Positions 6,719 through 11,546 of a DNA stretch of 11,546 nt are shown here, one piece after another. Numbering within the stretch: the stretch's first letter is position 1; each line of letters opens with the position of its first letter. Origin of the DNA: an uncultured bacterium (lineage in GTDB: Bacteria; Hydrothermota; UBA3073; NMUJ01); the NCBI GenBank assembly GCA_965612795.1, contig CBFDTI010000039.1:1-11546 (forward strand). Reading direction: 5' to 3'. The notes below the pieces were generated by a model that ran no database searches, had not been told where the DNA came from, and saw only the letters and a program-made list of their open reading frames with translations. The translations under genes were made by a program, and so were the position numbers.

Positions 6719-8258
6719 AGCTTTAATACTAGTCTTAACAACAGTAATGGTGGCATTACCTATGAGTAGCGAACCTCCCTCCGTGATAGATCAGGTATGG
6801 GAGTTAAATTCACAGGGTCGTTTCATAGAGGCTATCAATCTTGCAAAGTCACAACTTACTGGTGACGTTGCACGTGATCACCCCCTTATGCTTGCGATGG
6901 CATTTGCATACCGGTATGTGGACAGCTTGGAAGCGGCAGAAGCTATCTACCTGCGATTGCTGGAACTTAACCCCAACGATATCGATGCAAGGCTTGGATT
7001 AGCCCTAATCTTATCCTGGCAGGATAGGCTTGAAGAATCAACCCACCACTACCAGCAAGCTCTACGGGTGGATCCCGTAAATATAGATGCGCTCATCGGG
7101 TTAGCACGTGTTCTGGGGTGGCGAGGTGCCTACCAGGAGGCGCTCCATTATCTGGGTATAGCTATGCAACAGAACATAGCGAAACCTGAGGTTTACAAAA
7201 CTATCGGCGATATCTACATGTATGCGGGTGAACTCGATGCTGCATTCAATGCATATCAAATCACTGTTAAGCTTGCCCCCAACAGAGCAAACTATTACGT
7301 ACAAGCCGGTAAAGTAGCCGAGTGGCTAGGTAACTACAGAGTAGCACAACAACTATACCTGCGGGCACTCGAAATCGACCCTCATAATTCCCAAGCTTAT
7401 GTAGGGTTACACCGTGTAAGGAGACAGACTGCACTCAATATCAGTATGAAAGTTAACAATTTCGAAGAATACGATCAAGGTTACCGCGGTACCTACAAGA
7501 ACGGTCGCATCGTCCTACGTAAGGCGTTATCAAAAATCTTATCCGGCGAGATATGGATGGAATTTTCCTCCAACAAGCGGCTCTTCACGCTACGTGGTGA
7601 TACGTCAAGCTCGGTGCTGACAATTATTTACCCAAAGTTGATATTCACCCCCCACAGGCAGCTACGGCTGGACTTAGGTGTAGGTTACGATTTTGCCAAC
7701 AACTACGTGGCTGGCTTCATAATCGCAGGCTCGTATTGGACGAATTATTTCACAACACGTGTATCATGGGCACGCGAAATACTTGAACCCACAAAATATA
7801 TTCTGATTGAAGGCCCCAAATTCAACATCTCAATAAAGCCAACCAACAGGATAGAGTTAAAAGCCGGCTATGGGCAATCCAATATTTATCACAAAGATAC
7901 AACAAATTTTCGCAAACGGTGGGAGACAAGCCTGAACCTGCAACTACTTCGTAACCCACTTAAATTATCGCTTTCGTATGGGTATAGCTTCCTTTCATAT
8001 AAGGAATGGTCACCGCATTACTTTTCGCCTGATACTTTTCAAACACATAACATCGGTGTAATGCTGTATAAAGCATTCAACAACCTATATTTCTATACGG
8101 AGTACTTCAGGGCGTTCGGGCCAAATGGGTTACAAACCAACTCGGGTTCGCTTGAGATAGGGTACGGTGGCTTCTACTTATCCATAAGTTATTTCCAAAC
8201 CTCACTGGATTACAGGAATTGGCGGTTAACTACTGGCTATACATTTAGGTGGTACTAA
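6708..8258 (+). CDS. TPR-repeat plus outer-membrane beta-barrel protein (PgaA/YaiO-like architecture), candidate polysaccharide exporter
   Basis: SD GGGAGG (6695-6700) before ATG 6708; signal peptide MHRRALILVLTTVMVALP; about 5-6 TPR motifs (e.g. LLELNPNDIDARLGLA, ALRVDPVNIDALIGLARV, ALEIDPHN); C-terminal half with alternating, aromatic-rich strands ending ...LTTGYTFRWY. Confidence 0.8.
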   Translation: MHRRALILVLTTVMVALPMSSEPPSVIDQVWELNSQGRFIEAINLAKSQLTGDVARDHPLMLAMAFAYRYVDSLEAAEAIYLRLLELNPNDIDARLGLALILSWQDRLEESTHHYQQALRVDPVNIDALIGLARVLGWRGAYQEALHYLGIAMQQNIAKPEVYKTIGDIYMYAGELDAAFNAYQITVKLAPNRANYYVQAGKVAEWLGNYRVAQQLYLRALEIDPHNSQAYVGLHRVRRQTALNISMKVNNFEEYDQGYRGTYKNGRIVLRKALSKILSGEIWMEFSSNKRLFTLRGDTSSSVLTIIYPKLIFTPHRQLRLDLGVGYDFANNYVAGFIIAGSYWTNYFTTRVSWAREILEPTKYILIEGPKFNISIKPTNRIELKAGYGQSNIYHKDTTNFRKRWETSLNLQLLRNPLKLSLSYGYSFLSYKEWSPHYFSPDTFQTHNIGVMLYKAFNNLYFYTEYFRAFGPNGLQTNSGSLEIGYGGFYLSISYFQTSLDYRNWRLTTGYTFRWY

Positions 8259-8261
8259 CGT

Positions 8262-11200
8262 ATGCGGTACAAAATTTTTGTCATCACAGTACTGGTCGCT
8301 GTACTTGGGGTTGTAGTTTATGAACTCGTCAACCTCCAAAGGCGATACCTTACACCTAAAATTGTCAAGGTGAAAGAAGCGGTCGTCGAACGTATTGCTG
8401 TACCTACATCACCCATAGAGCTAAGACAAGCAGCAGAGAGGGCAGAAATCCCGTTTGTTGCCGAAGGTGACGTGTTTAAGGTTAAGCTACTCGAGCGCAC
8501 AGTAAGTGGCGAACCTCGTGTGAGGTACAAGAAGATATTTGTAAAAGCGATCAACCTCGGTCCAGCGTTACCGGGTACCTATCCTGCAGAATTCGCCCCC
8601 AGAAGGGAGGATTACCTAAGGTGGTTTCAGCTTATCGCTGATGCTGGGTTTAATGCCATACGTGTATATACCGTGTTTCCACCCGAGTTCTACGAAGCAC
8701 TCCGTGAATATAATTTTAAGAATGCAAGCCGTCCGCTGTATCTATTGCAAGGTGTATGGGCTACTATTCCGCCGGATAGCAACTATTTTGACGAGGAATA
8801 CACCGCACAATTTGATTTCAACATCAAAAAAGCAGTAGATGCTGTTCATGGCAAAAGCCCATATTTTGCGGATGTTTCACAGTACACATTGGGTTATATC
8901 TTAGGGCGTGAGTGGGAACCATATCTTGTTCATGCCAACGATAAGCTGAACCACGACATAACCTCTTTCGAGGGAACCTTTTTCAGCATCCCACATGGTA
9001 CACCCACAGAGGTATGGCTTACCCAACGTATGGAGTTCCTGATGGCCTATGAGACCATCACGTATGGGACACAGCGACCGGTTTCGTTTATAAACTGGTT
9101 ACCTTTGGATCCACTCTACCACAACACAGAGTTTATCGAAAGCCCCCGCGTACGGGAATATGATAACGACCTGGTGAGCGTCGATTTCACCCATATTTAT
9201 AGAACCCCATGGAACAGAGCAGGTTTCTTCGCCGCATACAATGTATATCCCTACTATCCCGACTTTATTAATCACGAGTATAATGACTACCGGAGCAGGT
9301 TTGGCCCCGATAATTTCGCTGGCTACATACATGTGTTGAAAAATATCCACCAAGGTATACCCCTCTTCATAGCTGAGTTTGGTGTACCCTCATCGAGGGG
9401 TATCGCCCACTTTAACCCCTATGGGATGCACCATGGTGGTCATACCGAAGAAGAGCAAGGTATGATCGCCTATCGGTTGTTCCAAGACATTTACGACGAA
9501 GGTTGTGCCGGCGGTGCATTGTTTGAGTGGCTGGATGAATGGTTCAAATGTAACTGGTTATTCATCGATTTTGAAACCCCCATCACCCGTAATCCATTAT
9601 GGCATAACGTTTATGATGCAGAACAAGCTTATGGGTTGATGGCATTCGGTGCACAGGTTGTCAAAATAGATGGCGAACCAACCGACTGGCCTAAGCGGCC
9701 ACTTGCCCAAAAAGCAACCGGCATCATACGATCACTCTATGTGACATATGATCCGGAATATTTCTACGTGCTAGTTGCGGTTAGTCGGCCAATCAATTTC
9801 GATAGAGAAAATATGCTCATAGCCATAGACACATACGATGATGAGCTCGGTGATAAGCGGTTACCTTTAGGTGATGGACACTACCTTACGGCTACAAATG
9901 GTACCGAATTCATTGTTTTACTCGATACCCCCGAAAGTGCAAAAGTATTGGCTGACACCAGCTATAACATCCTCTGGGGCGATATAACAGGTGCACGTAC
10001 CTCTATGAGGCCATCCCGTAACATGGATGGTAAGTTTGACGAACCTCAATTCACTGTCCACCGTATGAGGGTTTCGCTTCTGGGTGATACATTTCCACAG
10101 AAAAAATTCTACCCAGGCCGGTTAATTTATGGTAAAAGTATCGAAAACTCGCTAGCTGAATGGTACGGGGCTACTCGATACGTTGAGCTGCGATTACCTT
10201 GGAACCTACTTAATGTGACGGATCCATCTTCCCATAGAATTCTATTTGATGACCCCTCCACACCCGAACTTGACGTTATCGAAACTCATGGGTTTGCGTT
10301 CTCCGTAATCCTTTACAATGATGATGGGGAGCTACTCGATGTCCTACCTGGTATCAAACATGATACCGTGGTTAAATTCACTGGACGTTACCTTTGGGAT
10401 GGTTGGGAGCAACCACTTTACCGTGAACGCCTAAAAACGAGCTACTACGTGTTAAAGGATAAACTGCCACAGGTTGGGACAGACACCACACGTCGGCATG
10501 CTGCTTTGACGCGATTCACCTATCCTAAAGAATTTCAATGTCAAATTGTCCGGTTTCCATTTGGTAAAAAGGGGGCCATTTCAATAAGTTTCGACGGAGG
10601 TACGCTTAACCAATTCCAGTATGCGCTACCCATTCTGGAAAGATACGGGTTAAAAGCGACCTTTGGGGTTGTCGGGGCATGGCTCAATGACATGCCCACA
10701 ATCCACGTATCAGCAGATGGTATCGCCCTCACCCGCATGGGTGTAGATGAGGTAAGAACGTTGAGCCAATACGGGCACGAAATTGCAAGCTTCGAATGGC
10801 GACCTGAGTCTATCCTTTATAACTTACCAGAGGATACCATCTATTTCTATCTCATAGAATCAAAGTCCAAACTGGAAGAAGCCATCAAGCATCCGGTTGT
10901 CACCCTACAGTTACCGTGTTCCAGGAAGATACCTAAACTGTTGAGTGCCGCCAAACGCAGTAACTTCGCTTGGGTTCGACTGTATGGCGATACTACTAAC
11001 GAGCCCGATGGGTTCGACCCACTGAGCTTATACAGCTTCGTGATCTACAGCCAATATAAACCTACACCAAAGGATATATGGCAACTCCTAGAGGGTTGTG
11101 CTGATAAGTGGATCATATTTGTGTTTCACAATATCTTGCCGGAGGGTTCACCAGAGATGCGATCCATCCTCGCACACGATGTCGATCCTACCCATGTGGT

Positions 11201-11525
11201 AACACCATGGGAGTTACAGCGTCGTATACGATTATTACGTAATTCAGGCTTCTACATAGGTACGATCGATGAGGTAGCAAGCTACCTCCAAGCGGTTGAA
11301 CATGCCAAACTCAAAACACGTAAAGTTGGTGACACCTATTTCATCACGGTAGAAACTTCTGACCGGTGGCGCGATATCCCCATTTTCGTGAAAATTAACG
11401 GACCCACCGGATTTTTAAGGATAGAGGGTGAAGATGGTGAATTCATCTATGAATTACGGGGTACACCTATCTGGCTCAAGGTTAAACCATATTCCGAACT
11501 GGTCATACGTGTACTTAGTGAATAA
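8262..11525 (+). CDS. Membrane-anchored multidomain protein: GH-A clan-like TIM barrel, beta-sandwich, degenerate NodB/CE4-like domain
   Basis: Signal anchor MRYKIFVITVLVAVLGVVVY; KAINLG...GFNAIRVYT, GREWEP (E217), YNVYPYYP, IAEFG (E372), GGALFEWLDEWFK; sandwich region IDGEPTDW...LYVTYDPEYFYV; C-terminal ISFDGG, LERYGLKATF, GHEIAS, VFHNI. Confidence 0.82.
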   Translation: MRYKIFVITVLVAVLGVVVYELVNLQRRYLTPKIVKVKEAVVERIAVPTSPIELRQAAERAEIPFVAEGDVFKVKLLERTVSGEPRVRYKKIFVKAINLGPALPGTYPAEFAPRREDYLRWFQLIADAGFNAIRVYTVFPPEFYEALREYNFKNASRPLYLLQGVWATIPPDSNYFDEEYTAQFDFNIKKAVDAVHGKSPYFADVSQYTLGYILGREWEPYLVHANDKLNHDITSFEGTFFSIPHGTPTEVWLTQRMEFLMAYETITYGTQRPVSFINWLPLDPLYHNTEFIESPRVREYDNDLVSVDFTHIYRTPWNRAGFFAAYNVYPYYPDFINHEYNDYRSRFGPDNFAGYIHVLKNIHQGIPLFIAEFGVPSSRGIAHFNPYGMHHGGHTEEEQGMIAYRLFQDIYDEGCAGGALFEWLDEWFKCNWLFIDFETPITRNPLWHNVYDAEQAYGLMAFGAQVVKIDGEPTDWPKRPLAQKATGIIRSLYVTYDPEYFYVLVAVSRPINFDRENMLIAIDTYDDELGDKRLPLGDGHYLTATNGTEFIVLLDTPESAKVLADTSYNILWGDITGARTSMRPSRNMDGKFDEPQFTVHRMRVSLLGDTFPQKKFYPGRLIYGKSIENSLAEWYGATRYVELRLPWNLLNVTDPSSHRILFDDPSTPELDVIETHGFAFSVILYNDDGELLDVLPGIKHDTVVKFTGRYLWDGWEQPLYRERLKTSYYVLKDKLPQVGTDTTRRHAALTRFTYPKEFQCQIVRFPFGKKGAISISFDGGTLNQFQYALPILERYGLKATFGVVGAWLNDMPTIHVSADGIALTRMGVDEVRTLSQYGHEIASFEWRPESILYNLPEDTIYFYLIESKSKLEEAIKHPVVTLQLPCSRKIPKLLSAAKRSNFAWVRLYGDTTNEPDGFDPLSLYSFVIYSQYKPTPKDIWQLLEGCADKWIIFVFHNILPEGSPEMRSILAHDVDPTHVVTPWELQRRIRLLRNSGFYIGTIDEVASYLQAVEHAKLKTRKVGDTYFITVETSDRWRDIPIFVKINGPTGFLRIEGEDGEFIYELRGTPIWLKVKPYSELVIRVLSE

Positions 11526-11546
11526 CCCCCGTATTGGAGATGAAGT

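Noticed and set aside
2704..10738. Remaining short ORFs inside radC and the operon genes (e.g. 4067..4408, 4219..4584, 5506..5925, 8318..8554, 9099..9353)
   Set aside because: Nested in or largely overlapping well-supported long CDSs, with no motifs or translation signals.
11536..11546. GGAGATGAAGT as the start of a fifth operon gene
   Set aside because: Too little sequence, and the GGAG directly abuts the ATG.
1..11546. CRISPR arrays, tRNA/rRNA genes, transposases or integrases
   Set aside because: None seen. Intergenic gaps are short and lack repeat-spacer periodicity or tRNA motifs.

Overview
Bacterial window, probably from a diderm because it encodes a predicted outer-membrane beta-barrel. 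It has three parts. (1) 1-786, minus strand: a half-length TauE/SafE-type membrane protein, and a DUF6506-like gene that runs off the left edge and is missing from the ORF track. That gene has a near-consensus sigma70 promoter with an inverted repeat on one side and a tandem repeat on the other. (2) 1051-3314, plus strand: uracil-DNA glycosylase-superfamily protein, HIT hydrolase, an AT-rich MNT nucleotidyltransferase followed by what looks like a nonsense-disrupted stub of a HEPN toxin gene, and radC. Several of these genes appear to be leaderless. (3) 3496-11525, plus strand: a tight four-gene, synthase-dependent polysaccharide-type operon. It encodes a GATase-like/NodB-like protein, a processive GT2 (QRNRW), a TPR plus beta-barrel exporter, and a 1087-aa GH-A-like/beta-sandwich/NodB-like fusion. 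The main observation is that both NodB/CE4-like domains seem to have lost their catalytic and metal-binding residues while the synthase and hydrolase motifs are intact. All family calls come from motif recognition by eye; no searches were run.
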